64,000 bases of DNA, from positions 32,001 to 96,000 of the IMG/VR virus record IMGVR_UViG_3300022555_000024; one strand, 5' to 3'. The position numbers were made by a program, and so were the translations under genes. The stretch comes from a virus. The notes below the pieces were generated by a model. It searched no databases, was not told the DNA's origin, and saw only the letters and a list, made by a program, of their open reading frames with translations. This document shows, in pieces, positions 1-10,788 of this stretch; position 1 is the first letter of the stretch, and each line of letters begins with the position of its first letter.

Positions 1-1099
1 GTCAACTCAAGATAATACAGAAAGGATAAAAAAAGATAAACTAGAGATTAAAAAGACTAAGGAAATTATATCAAAAGAATTAGAAGCAATAAAGATTCTA
101 AAAGAAGATCTAGACTCTAGAGATGAAGTCTCTTTAAAAAAATCTCTATCTAATATACAGAAGAAAACACAAGAACTTAATAGACTAGAACAACAAATAG
201 ATATTAAGATACAAAATCTTGAGACGGATATACATTTCTTTGGGGAAAATGATAAATGCCCAACTTGTAAACAGGAGATGAAGGAAAGCTGGAAAAAAGA
301 TATTATAATAGAAAAAAAGAATAAGATAATAGAAACAAGAAAGGGTGTAGAACTTCTTACAGAGAAGACTACAGAACTTGATATAAACAAAGTAGATACT
401 CTTACAAAGATTTCTGAAATTGATGATATAAGAAAAAGGATAAATGCTCATAAGAATACAATATTCTCCTATGAAAAATTTATAGAAAAATTGCAATCTG
501 ATATAGATGATTTGATTTCTAATAAACACTCTATAAAAACAAAGGATATAAAAATACAGGAAAATACTCTCGCAAATAAGATATCAGATAAAGATAAATT
601 ATTAGAATTACGCGATATTTATAATATTGCATCTGTTCTTCTGAAAGATAATGGAATTAAGGCTAATGTAATCAAACAATATATCCCCATTATAAATTCA
701 TCGATAAATAAGTATCTTTCTTATATGGATTTCTTTGTCAAGTTTAATTTAGACGAAAATTTTGAGGAGACTATAAAATCGCGACACTTAGATAATTTTA
801 AATATTATAATTTTTCAGAAGGGGAAAAACAGAGAATAAATCTATCGATTTTATTTGCTTGGAGAGATGTTTCAAAGAAAAAAAATTCTATGAGTACAAA
901 TCTTCTCATTTTAGATGAAATTTTTGATAGTGCAATGGATATAGATGGCTCAGATGCCTTTATTAAAATTATAAAATCTTTAACAAATCAAAATGTGTTT
1001 ATAATCACACATAAACAAGAAATTGCAGATAAATTAGAATCTGATAAAAATAGAATTATAAAATTTGAAAAAATTAAAAACTTTTCACAAATAATATGA
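1..1099 (+). CDS. gp46: gp46-like recombination endonuclease ATPase subunit (Rad50/SbcC family), 5'-truncated by window edge
   Basis: Frame open from nt 2. Coiled coil with CPTC zinc hook (~257), signature FSEGEKQR, Walker B LLILDEIFD and H-loop IITH. Confidence 0.93.
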   Translation, partial: STQDNTERIKKDKLEIKKTKEIISKELEAIKILKEDLDSRDEVSLKKSLSNIQKKTQELNRLEQQIDIKIQNLETDIHFFGENDKCPTCKQEMKESWKKDIIIEKKNKIIETRKGVELLTEKTTELDINKVDTLTKISEIDDIRKRINAHKNTIFSYEKFIEKLQSDIDDLISNKHSIKTKDIKIQENTLANKISDKDKLLELRDIYNIASVLLKDNGIKANVIKQYIPIINSSINKYLSYMDFFVKFNLDENFEETIKSRHLDNFKYYNFSEGEKQRINLSILFAWRDVSKKKNSMSTNLLILDEIFDSAMDIDGSDAFIKIIKSLTNQNVFIITHKQEIADKLESDKNRIIKFEKIKNFSQII

Positions 1100-1314
1100 A
1101 AACATTTAGATCTAGAGTACCAGGATATGTTGATGCAGATCCAATTTTTATAAAATACGATACTATAGATGAACTGTTAACACATAATTTCTTCGATAAC
1201 AGAAGAATACATGGAGGAATTTTCTATGTAAATTCAATAGGAGATTTGCTTATGTGTAGATATGAAAATGGAGAAAGATTTGTAGTTGGATATCTAAATT
1301 CTAAAGTATAGCAT

Positions 1315-1644
1315 ATGAAAATTGTAAATAGAAAAACATTCCTTGAATTACCTAATAATATATTATTTTGCGAATTTGATCCAAATATTTTTGGAGATTT
1401 TTGTATAAAAACAAGAACATTAGAAAATGATTTTTGTTACATTTCACTAATGGACTTTAATGATGACGGTTCTAGTAAATATGGCTGTTATGATATTTTC
1501 GATGCTTCTTTGGAAAAAGGTGTTATAGTACCTTTAGATTTGGATATAGAAAATAGAGATGGATGCTTTGATGACAATCAATTGTTTGCTGTGTTTGATG
1601 CAAATGATATAAATTCATTAATTAATAAATTAAAAACTTTATAA
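1315..1644 (+). CDS. hypothetical phage protein
   Basis: 109-aa ORF in operon context; no motif recognised. Confidence 0.6.
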   Translation: MKIVNRKTFLELPNNILFCEFDPNIFGDFCIKTRTLENDFCYISLMDFNDDGSSKYGCYDIFDASLEKGVIVPLDLDIENRDGCFDDNQLFAVFDANDINSLINKLKTL

Positions 1645-1853
1645 AATGAGTACTAAACAAATAGTAACAGATGCATATCATAAGGTAATAACAAATGCCG
1701 ATGGATCTGTCGAGATAAAATTGATAATTTTGAAAAAAATTCTGTAGGATCTTGGTATACAGAATATGAATTACCTTTTTTAAAAATAAGTGCAGACTCA
1801 TTAGAAAGACTATCCAAACAAGGCCCAGAAGAACATAAAATAATAGAAATACT

Positions 1854-2456
1854 ATGAAACTTGTAGAACCATCATTTGAAATATTAAATATTTCTGGAGA
1901 TTTAAAAACTATAGAACAAGCAGCAAGAACCTGTTACAAGTCAGAAGATAAAATTACAGAAGGATCTTCAGAAAAGCTTGTTCAAAATTTAATAAGTAGA
2001 GGACATGGAGCAATGTTAGAATTTGTTTCAGTTTCTGTTAGAATAATTACAGATCGTGGAGTTTCGCATGAATTAGTAAGACATAGAATTGCATCGTTTG
2101 CGCAGGAAAGTACGCGTTACGTTAATTATAAAGGAGGCGTCGAATTTATAGAACCATTATCTATTATTGAAGGTCCTAAAGATTGCCAACAAACATTTAG
2201 AAAGACATGTAGTGATATAGAGAAAGCTTACGTATACTTTATAGCAAACGGACTAAAACCACAAGATGCTAGATCAATACTCCCATGCTGTACAAAAACT
2301 GAAATAGTTATTATGATGAATGTTCGGGAATGGAGACATTTCTTTAGTTTACGTTGTTCTAAGGCTGCACATCCAGAAATGCGGCGCATAACCATTCCTA
2401 TGCTAGCAGAATTTCAAAAAAGAATCCCAATAGTTTTTGAAAATCTTTCACTTTGA
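1854..2456 (+). CDS. thyX: flavin-dependent thymidylate synthase
   Basis: ThyX signature ELVRHRIASFAQESTRY, GHGAMLE, and LRCSKAAHPEMR. Confidence 0.95.
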   Translation: MKLVEPSFEILNISGDLKTIEQAARTCYKSEDKITEGSSEKLVQNLISRGHGAMLEFVSVSVRIITDRGVSHELVRHRIASFAQESTRYVNYKGGVEFIEPLSIIEGPKDCQQTFRKTCSDIEKAYVYFIANGLKPQDARSILPCCTKTEIVIMMNVREWRHFFSLRCSKAAHPEMRRITIPMLAEFQKRIPIVFENLSL

Positions 2457-2507
2457 TTAAATTTTATTTTATATTATCTTAGTATAATTATAAAATAATT
2501 TTCTATT

Positions 2508-3548
2508 ATGTTATTAAGTAGAGAAAAATTTAGAGAAGAAGTTTTTAGTAGAGATAACAACCAGTGTGTTGTCTGTGGAAGGAAAATCTCTGATGGTATA
2601 TCACTCGATGCTCATCATATCATAGAAAGAAGACTATGGAATGATGGGGGTTACTACGTCGATAATGGCGCAACTTTGTGTGATGATGGTAAAAACGGTT
2701 GTCACTACAAAGCAGAAACAACTGAGTTGAGTGTTGAAGATATCAGAATTGCAGCGAAAATAGAATCGATATGTCTTCCTGATGATATGTATTCAGACCA
2801 TATTTACGATAAATGGGGAAATATAATACTGGGAAATGGTAATCGAACTAAAGGACCATTATTTAACGATGAATCTGTGCAAAGGGTTATTGAGTCAAGA
2901 TTATACCTATTCACCGATTATGTAAAATATCCAAGAACATACCATTTACCTTGGTCACCAGGAATAACAGATGATGATAGGGTTATGGCAGATACATCTG
3001 TGTTTGAAGGTAAAAGGGTTATCGTTACCAGGAAAATGGACGGAGAAAACTTTTCTGGGTATACAGATTATTGCCACGCCAGGTCGGTCGATGGTCGTTC
3101 ACATTATACAAGAGACTGGGCAAAAAATTTCTGGATGCAGAGGTCATACCAACTACCTAAGGGATGGAGAGTTTGTGCTGAGAATATGTACGCCGAACAT
3201 TCTTTGTCTTATAATGACTTGGAAGGATATCTTCTTGGTTTTTCTATATGGAACGACAAGAACGAATGTCTTTCATGGGATGATACTGTAGAGTGGTTCC
3301 AACTTCTGGCGTTTCCTATGGTTCCAATACTTTATGATGGTATTTGGGATGAAGATATTATAAGGCAACTGTATAATGAAAAAACAGACAGAGATGTACA
3401 TGAAGGTTATGTTGTAAGAACTGCGTCAAAATTCTCTTATATCGAGTTTAGGAAGAGTATAGCAAAATATGTTAGACCGAACCATGTAGCAACACAGAAG
3501 CATTGGTTCTACGGTTCGTCTAATCACAAAATCAATAAATTATGTTGA
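2508..3548 (+). CDS. HNH-domain / ATP-dependent RNA ligase fusion
   Basis: N-terminal CVVC...DAHHI...NGATLC...CH. C-terminal KYPRTYHLPWS, motif I KMDGEN, EGYVVR and AKYVR. Confidence 0.8.
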   Translation: MLLSREKFREEVFSRDNNQCVVCGRKISDGISLDAHHIIERRLWNDGGYYVDNGATLCDDGKNGCHYKAETTELSVEDIRIAAKIESICLPDDMYSDHIYDKWGNIILGNGNRTKGPLFNDESVQRVIESRLYLFTDYVKYPRTYHLPWSPGITDDDRVMADTSVFEGKRVIVTRKMDGENFSGYTDYCHARSVDGRSHYTRDWAKNFWMQRSYQLPKGWRVCAENMYAEHSLSYNDLEGYLLGFSIWNDKNECLSWDDTVEWFQLLAFPMVPILYDGIWDEDIIRQLYNEKTDRDVHEGYVVRTASKFSYIEFRKSIAKYVRPNHVATQKHWFYGSSNHKINKLC

Positions 3549-3558
3549 ATTAAATATT

Positions 3559-4374
3559 ATGAAATTTAAAACTTTAGGTGATTGGTGTAAATGGTTGGAA
3601 CGTAATTTTTCAACAGAAGTGATGATTCCAACTCTTCCCGTTATAATCAGATTAGATGGTAATAATTTTCATTCTTGGACAAAGGGACTTAATAGACCAT
3701 TCGATGAAAATTTGAACAACTTAATGATTGATACTACTAAGTTTTTAGTAGAAGAAACTAATGCTGTTATTGGTTATACACAAAGCGATGAGATTACTCT
3801 TATTCTTTACAGTGATGATAAAAAGTCATCATTATATAACGACGGAAAAAAACAAAAAATTCTTTCTAAGCTAACTGCTAAATGTGTAAATCATTTCAAT
3901 TCTGTTAGGGAATCATATTTACCAGAACATAATAAAATAGCTACATTTGATTGTCGAATATACCAGACTCCGACTTTACATGATGCGTGTGTTCAATTAC
4001 TATGGATAGAAAACGATGCTACAAAAAATAGCATTTCCAGCGTTGCACAAAGTTTATTTTCACATAAAGAGTTGCAGGGTCTTAGTGGTTCTGAAATGCA
4101 GGATAAGATGATGTTAGAAAAATCTGTAAATTGGAATGATTTACCTACAAAAAATAAAAGAGGTTCATATGTAAAACGCGTCAAAGTTTTTAATGAATTC
4201 ACAGAAGATGAATTAAAAGATCTACCAGTAAAACATAGAGCACATAAAGATCCTCAGATGTCATTTGAACGTCATATAATCAAATCTATAGAATATCCTA
4301 TTTTTCATAAAATCACGAATAAAGTTGATGTTATTTTTAATAATGCAGAACCGATAGTAACAATTTGTAAATAA
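3559..4374 (+). CDS. Thg1-like tRNA(His) guanylyltransferase / 3'-5' RNA polymerase
   Basis: IRLDGNNFH, YTQSDEITL and FDCR motifs. Confidence 0.9.
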   Translation: MKFKTLGDWCKWLERNFSTEVMIPTLPVIIRLDGNNFHSWTKGLNRPFDENLNNLMIDTTKFLVEETNAVIGYTQSDEITLILYSDDKKSSLYNDGKKQKILSKLTAKCVNHFNSVRESYLPEHNKIATFDCRIYQTPTLHDACVQLLWIENDATKNSISSVAQSLFSHKELQGLSGSEMQDKMMLEKSVNWNDLPTKNKRGSYVKRVKVFNEFTEDELKDLPVKHRAHKDPQMSFERHIIKSIEYPIFHKITNKVDVIFNNAEPIVTICK

Positions 4375-4813
4375 AATTTCTTTTTTGTTGCATTTTGTTG
4401 TATATTATACTATAAGAAAAATAACTAAATATTATATATCATGATGATAGCAACCGTTATTCATAAAGCATTCGAAAAAGAAGAAAAAATTGTAGCAATG
4501 ATTGCTGTTGATGCTGAAGTAGTAACTGATGCGCTGGAATATGTTTATGAAAAGACTCAGAATCTTTATGACGCGTGGACAGAAAATGAAGACATTGCAG
4601 TTTTTAATTTAAAAGATTCACATCGTAGCACTTCTGTTGGAGATATTATAGTATTGGATGGTACTTCTTTTGAAGTGGAAGCAATGGGTTTTTCAATTAT
4701 AATGTAATATTCAAACAGAATTTGCTACAGTAGAAACTTTCAGAAAATAAAATTTCTTTTTTGTTGCATTTTGTTGTATATTATATTATAAGAAAAATAA
4801 CTAAATATTATAT
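4369..4813 (+). repeat. ~69-bp near-perfect direct repeat (4369-4437, 4745-4813), promoter/leader cassette
   Basis: aaataaaatttcttttttgttgcattttgttgtatattata(c/t)tataagaaaaataactaaatattatat occurs twice, each copy directly before an ATG (4441, 4815). Confidence 0.85.
4441..4707 (+). CDS. small phage protein with RSTSVGD motif (YodL-like)
   Basis: HRSTSVGDIIV; follows the repeated promoter. Confidence 0.6.
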   Translation: MMIATVIHKAFEKEEKIVAMIAVDAEVVTDALEYVYEKTQNLYDAWTENEDIAVFNLKDSHRSTSVGDIIVLDGTSFEVEAMGFSIIM

Positions 4814-4814
4814 T

Positions 4815-5249
4815 ATGAAAGATGCACTTGTAACATTTGATACAGAAATTCTTGCTAAAAATGCAGGATTTGATGTTCCTACTGCACCTGTTTATTATCT
4901 TCCTGATACAGAAAAGTTAGAAGGAACAGAACTAGGTGTAATTCCACAGAATCATAATTTTTATAAGCCTCGGGTTTCTGTTCCTACTCAAAATTTACTT
5001 CAAAAATGGTTAAGGGAAAATCATGATATTCACCTTGTAATTTCAAGACAATACGAATGGCACCTTGAACCATCACCAATATTTGAAGGGTGGAATGTTC
5101 ATATTGACGTGCCAATTGGTCATAACGAACTCTCCAATACCGTTAATAAATATTATTTTTATGCTATTTTTGATACTTACGAAGATGCTATAGAAGCTGG
5201 GTTGCTGCAAGCATTAAGATATATTGTGAATTGTTGGATCATAAAATAA
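4815..5249 (+). CDS. hypothetical phage protein
   Basis: ATG at 4815 after the second promoter copy; PTQNLLQKWLRE and TYEDAIEAGL motifs typical of phage accessory proteins. Confidence 0.6.
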   Translation: MKDALVTFDTEILAKNAGFDVPTAPVYYLPDTEKLEGTELGVIPQNHNFYKPRVSVPTQNLLQKWLRENHDIHLVISRQYEWHLEPSPIFEGWNVHIDVPIGHNELSNTVNKYYFYAIFDTYEDAIEAGLLQALRYIVNCWIIK

Positions 5250-5680
5250 AATTCAAATAATACAAATGAAAAAAGGATATTTAAAAAGAGTTGCTAAGAA
5301 ATTCTTTTCTACTATAGGTATACTAATTTTACTAATTCTATGTTTAGTATTATTTTTTGGAAGTTTGTCATATTTAACAATTATACTAGCAACTTTGATT
5401 GGTAAGGAATTAGCATTAATTTCTGTCATAATATTGTTCATTTGCATTTTACTTTTAATTGCATGTATTAAAGAAGTTAATTTTGAAGATAAGGAAAAAC
5501 AATAATGGATATAAAGGTAAATTTTAAAGAAGAAGATTCTTTAATGTCATTTACATGCATAGTAGATGTTCCAGACGCATTCGAACATTTAGATAGCAAA
5601 GAAAAAGAAGAACATCTTATTAATATATTGTTTGAAAACTTTCATCAGAAATATACTATAACAGCATTTGAAGAAGAAGT

Positions 5681-6187
5681 ATGAGGGTTATTAATTTTTT
5701 CGGCGGCCCTGGCTCTGGTAAATCAACAGCTGCTGCAGGGCTTTTCTATTTAATGAAAAAGAAAAAGTTTAACGTAGAACTCGTTACAGAATTTGCTAAG
5801 GATTTAGTATACGAGGGATCTAATCATGCACTTTCTCAACAGAATTATGTATTCGCAAATCAAGAATACCGCATAGCAAGACTCATCGATAAAGTGGATA
5901 TTGCGATAACAGATTCACCACTTATTTTATCTACATTTTATGCAAAAGACAGTTATCCTAAAAGTTTTACACAACTTTGCATTGATTTGTTTAATGGATA
6001 TGATAACGTGAATTATTTTATAAAAAGAAATTTTGAATATTCACCTCTAGGTAGAAATCAAACGATAGAAGAAGCGATATTAATTGATAAAAAAATTATT
6101 TCTTTTCTTATTACAGAAGGATTTCATTTTGAAATAATAACTGCAGGTGATGATATTCCAGAATTAATTTATAACAAACTTTACTGA
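5681..6187 (+). CDS. P-loop kinase / NadR-like AAA protein
   Basis: GGPGSGKST Walker A; ITDSPL. Confidence 0.75.
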   Translation: MRVINFFGGPGSGKSTAAAGLFYLMKKKKFNVELVTEFAKDLVYEGSNHALSQQNYVFANQEYRIARLIDKVDIAITDSPLILSTFYAKDSYPKSFTQLCIDLFNGYDNVNYFIKRNFEYSPLGRNQTIEEAILIDKKIISFLITEGFHFEIITAGDDIPELIYNKLY

Positions 6188-7599
6188 TACTATGAAAAAA
6201 TTATTACTCTCCTTGATGTTAGTATCTTCAATTTGGTATAACCTTGACGATAATACATCTTATATGCAGGTGCCTGGTGGATGGATTTATAGATATATTT
6301 CTGTTACTAATATAAGTACCGGTCCAGTATCTATGGTATTTGTTCCATATGCAAAAACTCCAGATCACACCGAATATTACATTAAAACTACGCCAACTAA
6401 GCCACGATAATGAGTGAACAGCAATATATAGATTTTGACGACAAGATTGAAACAATCATATCTGATATTTTATCAGAGGCATTTGGAGAGTCAAAGAGAT
6501 ACCGTACAACCGAAGGTATGATAAGGTGGGGGATACGTACAAGAAGATATTAAAAATAAAATAAGTGATTTACATAAATCAGAAATTCTTGATGTTAGAA
6601 GAATGATTGGAGATCAACTTCTATTATCAAATATTGAAAATCGGGTAAAGTCTAATAGAATTAAAGATTTAGAAAAACTATTTAAATTTAATCAAAGAAT
6701 TGCATTTATTACAGATGAACAATTGTTAGTATTGAATGAGAGGTATGGTTACTTTGAACATGGAGATGCACAAGGAGATATTAGTAGAGCTTTTGCTGAT
6801 GATGTTTCACAATTCGGTTATTCAAATACGATTGCACAAACTGAATTGGATTTTGAACAAGCTAAAACAAATGCGGAAATAAATGCAATTCTTTTGAATG
6901 ATGCTTATAAAAGAATTGAAATACTAAAAGCATTTACCGATGAACAGATGAGCGATGAACTAAATTCGTAAAAACATTTATTTTTTTTAAACAACATGAT
7001 TTTCCAAAAACTAAGTGTTCCTGATTTGTCTAGAAACATCTTTGTAGAAGAATTAAAGAGGATTAAAGGGATATTTAAGGGTTCAGATGATGCAGATGTA
7101 ATTGAACATGTTGTTAGTCAATTATATAAAGTGCATCAAGATGTAATATGCGAGAAGGATAAGATTATAGAAGAATTAACTGAAAGTTTAAGAGCGCCTG
7201 TTGTGTTTCATTATTGTACAGAAGGAAAAATAAGATCGTATCCTTCTCAATTTTGTTCATTATGCACAAAATGAAATGATTTTAATCCTATAGATAAGAT
7301 TAAAGAACTTCAAAATAAAATAAAAGTGTAAATTATGATAGTCTATAAAATATACAATGAGAATAGTGCACTCTGGATGAAAGAGGGAGGAGATTGGGTC
7401 GAAAAAGAAGAACTAGGAAAGGTATGGAAAAAGAAAAATCATGCAACTAGTGCATTAACAAATGCTTTTCCTAAACCAGATTTATATCTTAAAAAGGCAA
7501 ATCCTGGTCAATATGCATTACAAGCAGCACAAAGAGTAGCAAAAAATAAAGGAATAAAAATTGTAACTTATAAATTGAGTGAAGTTGGGAGAATTGATT

Positions 7600-8691
7600 A
7601 TGTCTGAGAGAAAATTAGCAACAGTAAGAAGAATTTTAGAAATCAATCCCATCGAAGGTGCAGATTCTATTGAGGTCGTTACCGTCGATGGATGGAAGGT
7701 CGTCTCGCAAAAAGGATTATACCAGCCAGGCGATCTTGTAATTTATTTAGAGGTAGATTCCTGGGTTCCCACAGAGATAGCATCTTTTCTTTCAAAGGGA
7801 AAAGAACCGCGTGAATATAATGGTGTTAAAGGAGAAAGACTAAGAACAATTAAATTGAGAGGACAAATTTCTCAGGGTCTTTTGCTTCCACTTACATGCA
7901 TTAAAAATTATTCTCTTGATGTATTACATGGACCGTATCCTGTTCTTGATTTATTGGATGATTTAATTGCAGTATTAGGTAAAACACAAGGAGAAGAAGA
8001 AATAACAAAATTAGATTTTACTGATCTTTTGGGTATTCTTAAATATGAAGCACCTATTCCAGCATGTCTAGCAGGTGAGGTTATTGGTATGTTTCCTTCT
8101 TTTATTCCACGGACAGACGAAGAAAGATGTCAAAATCTTACTAATGAATGGGATAATCTGAAGAAATTATCATATATTGTTACGGAAAAGCTCGACGGCA
8201 CATCTTGTACCATCTATAAAAACAATGACTATTTTGGTGTATGTTCAAGAAATCTTGACTTGAAGGAAATAGAAGGTAATACTCTTTGGTCTATTGCTAG
8301 AAGATATTCTTTAGAAGAAAAATTTAAGAATATTGGAAGAAATATAGCCATTCAGGGTGAAGTGATTGGTGAAGGTATTCAAAAAAATCCATACAAAATT
8401 AAAGGTCAAGATATTTATATATTTAATGGATATGATATTGATAAACAAAAATATCTTTCTGTGAATGAATTGGATGATATATGTCAAATTTTTGAACTTA
8501 AACAAGTACCGTTCATAGATATGTTGAATAGTATTGAATTACTTACAATAGAAAATATTTTATCTTTAGCTGATGGTAAATCTATATTGAACTCCAATAT
8601 AAATCGTGAAGGTATTATTTTTAAGACTTTAAAGAGAGAGAAGTCATTCAAGGCAATCTCAAACATCTTTCTTGTTAAGGAGAAAGATTAA
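7600..8691 (+). CDS. RNA ligase (Rnl2 / DRB0094-like family)
   Basis: N-terminal RKLATVRRI...EGADSIE, motif I TEKLDGTS, QGEVIG, REGIIFK and SFKAISN. Confidence 0.9.
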   Translation: MSERKLATVRRILEINPIEGADSIEVVTVDGWKVVSQKGLYQPGDLVIYLEVDSWVPTEIASFLSKGKEPREYNGVKGERLRTIKLRGQISQGLLLPLTCIKNYSLDVLHGPYPVLDLLDDLIAVLGKTQGEEEITKLDFTDLLGILKYEAPIPACLAGEVIGMFPSFIPRTDEERCQNLTNEWDNLKKLSYIVTEKLDGTSCTIYKNNDYFGVCSRNLDLKEIEGNTLWSIARRYSLEEKFKNIGRNIAIQGEVIGEGIQKNPYKIKGQDIYIFNGYDIDKQKYLSVNELDDICQIFELKQVPFIDMLNSIELLTIENILSLADGKSILNSNINREGIIFKTLKREKSFKAISNIFLVKEKD

Positions 8692-8816
8692 CGAATATAA
8701 AAAGAGAAAATTCTTTTTAGAAATTTTTGTTTAGTATGATGTACTATAAATATACAATAATATTTCTATATTAATACTATGTTTATTTTTACATCATATT
8801 TAAACCATAAAATAGA

Positions 8817-9812
8817 ATGTCAAGTGAAAAAGAATTTAAAGTATTTGATCCAACAGTTGAAAATCAAGAACCTCAAAGAACATCAGCTGAACAACAGGAA
8901 GCCCAATTAAAATCCCAAAAAGAATATTTAGATTTATTGTCATTAAGACTTAAAGGTAAGTCTTTGATGGTTGCGACTCCGATGTTTGGGGGTCAATGTC
9001 TAGGCTCTTATACAAAGTCATGTATAGATCTTGCAATGATTTGTATGAAAATAGGATTGCCTATAAAATTTAAATATCTCTTCAATGAATCACTGATACA
9101 AAGAGCAAGAAATTATCTTGTTGACGAATTTTATCGTTCGGATTCTACACATCTTCTTTTCATAGATGCAGATATCACTTTCGATGCTAGGGATGCTATT
9201 GCATTACTATCTCTATGTGGTATTCAAGAACCAGGAAAACCTAAATATGATATTATAGGTGCTCCATATCCAAAAAAATCTATAGCATGGGAAAAGGTTT
9301 ATGATGCAGCCAAATCGGGTATAGTAGATGGGAATCCGATGGAACTTGGAAACTTTGTTGGCGATTTTGTATTTAATCCAATAACTTCAGAGAATAGCTC
9401 TTTCAAATTAAATGAACCTTTAGAAGTTATGGAAACGGGTACTGGTTTCATGTGTATTTCTAAAGAAGCTATAGAGACATTTAGGAAGAAATATCCAAAA
9501 CAGAAGTACATACCAGACCATGCAAGAACCGCTAATTTTGATGGTTCAAGACCTGTTTATGCAATATTTGATTGTGGAATAGATCCAGAAACAGGTCGGT
9601 ATTTGAGTGAAGATTATCAATTTTGTAAGATGTCTAGGAAAATCGGCTTACATATATGGATTACACCATGGATTTCATTAGGTCATACAGGGACGTATAC
9701 TTTTGGAGGGTCAATTGCTCATCATGCACAATTAGGTAAGCCTATAAATCCTTCAGGAATCGATCCAAGTCATAACGATTCTGTAAAAGCCCATATGAAT
9801 AAAGGAAAGTGA
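8817..9812 (+). CDS. GT-A fold glycosyltransferase-like protein
   Basis: VATPMFGG, FNESLIQRARN, DxD (FIDADI), GTGFM and YLSEDYQFC; TATAAATA at 8745. Confidence 0.75.
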   Translation: MSSEKEFKVFDPTVENQEPQRTSAEQQEAQLKSQKEYLDLLSLRLKGKSLMVATPMFGGQCLGSYTKSCIDLAMICMKIGLPIKFKYLFNESLIQRARNYLVDEFYRSDSTHLLFIDADITFDARDAIALLSLCGIQEPGKPKYDIIGAPYPKKSIAWEKVYDAAKSGIVDGNPMELGNFVGDFVFNPITSENSSFKLNEPLEVMETGTGFMCISKEAIETFRKKYPKQKYIPDHARTANFDGSRPVYAIFDCGIDPETGRYLSEDYQFCKMSRKIGLHIWITPWISLGHTGTYTFGGSIAHHAQLGKPINPSGIDPSHNDSVKAHMNKGK

Positions 9813-9869
9813 ATTATTTTATAAAAGTCAAATATTTTGCTATATTTATTATAAACAGTTAATGATACT

Positions 9870-10538
9870 ATGAAGATTTCAAAACAAACACTTGATATTT
9901 TAAAAAACTTCTCTATTATTAATCAGTCTATGTTAATTAGACCTGGTAATACTCAAAGAACAATACGAATCCCTCAAAGAAATGTTTTAGCAGAAGCTTT
10001 TTTATCAGAAGAATTTCCTGTAGAATGCGGAATATACGAATTACCAAAATTTCTGGCTGCAATAACTCTTTTTGAAGAACCTGAATTAGAATTTGGTTCA
10101 TGTTATGTAGATATAAATGATACTAATTCAGAAAATAAAATAAGATATTATTATGCAGCAGCTAATCTTTTTAAAGATACCCAACCACCAGACAAAAGAT
10201 TTGTTTTAGATGAAGTAATGGATGAATTTACTTTAGACAATTCATCCCTTACAAAATTAAACAAAGCTGCTATGATTATGTCTATACCAGATTTTGTTAT
10301 TAATAGAAAAGATAATAAGAGAACAATTTCAGTGTGTAATATTAAAAGTAAAAGTTCCAATACATTTACAGTAACTCAAAAGTCAGATATTAAGGGTGAT
10401 TATAATGTGATTCTTAATAATGATAATCTGAAATGTATACCTGATTCTTATGCTGTTACAGTTGGAATAAGAAAAGGAATAACTATATGTCAATTTTCGA
10501 GTAACAATATTACTTATTGGTTCGGTCCTGAAATTTAA
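9870..10538 (+). CDS. gp45: sliding clamp
   Basis: MKISKQTLDILKNFSIINQS N-terminus; position upstream of gp44/gp62. Confidence 0.9.
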   Translation: MKISKQTLDILKNFSIINQSMLIRPGNTQRTIRIPQRNVLAEAFLSEEFPVECGIYELPKFLAAITLFEEPELEFGSCYVDINDTNSENKIRYYYAAANLFKDTQPPDKRFVLDEVMDEFTLDNSSLTKLNKAAMIMSIPDFVINRKDNKRTISVCNIKSKSSNTFTVTQKSDIKGDYNVILNNDNLKCIPDSYAVTVGIRKGITICQFSSNNITYWFGPEI

Positions 10539-10788
10539 AATTATATATTATGAAATTTTTTGAATATTTTGGAAACCCAGAACAATACCCAATGGGTTTG
10601 AAAGCAATATTGAATGTTTATGACGATAGACACGCTGCAGATGACTAAAAATATGATAGAGTTAATACCTCTCTGAACAAAATAACAAAATTTACTCGAC
10701 ATCCTCAAATTTTGTGTTATTAGAACCTTTTGGTGAAATGGCTAAGAATAATGTTTTATAATTAAAAATAAATAAAGGTTATTAAATC

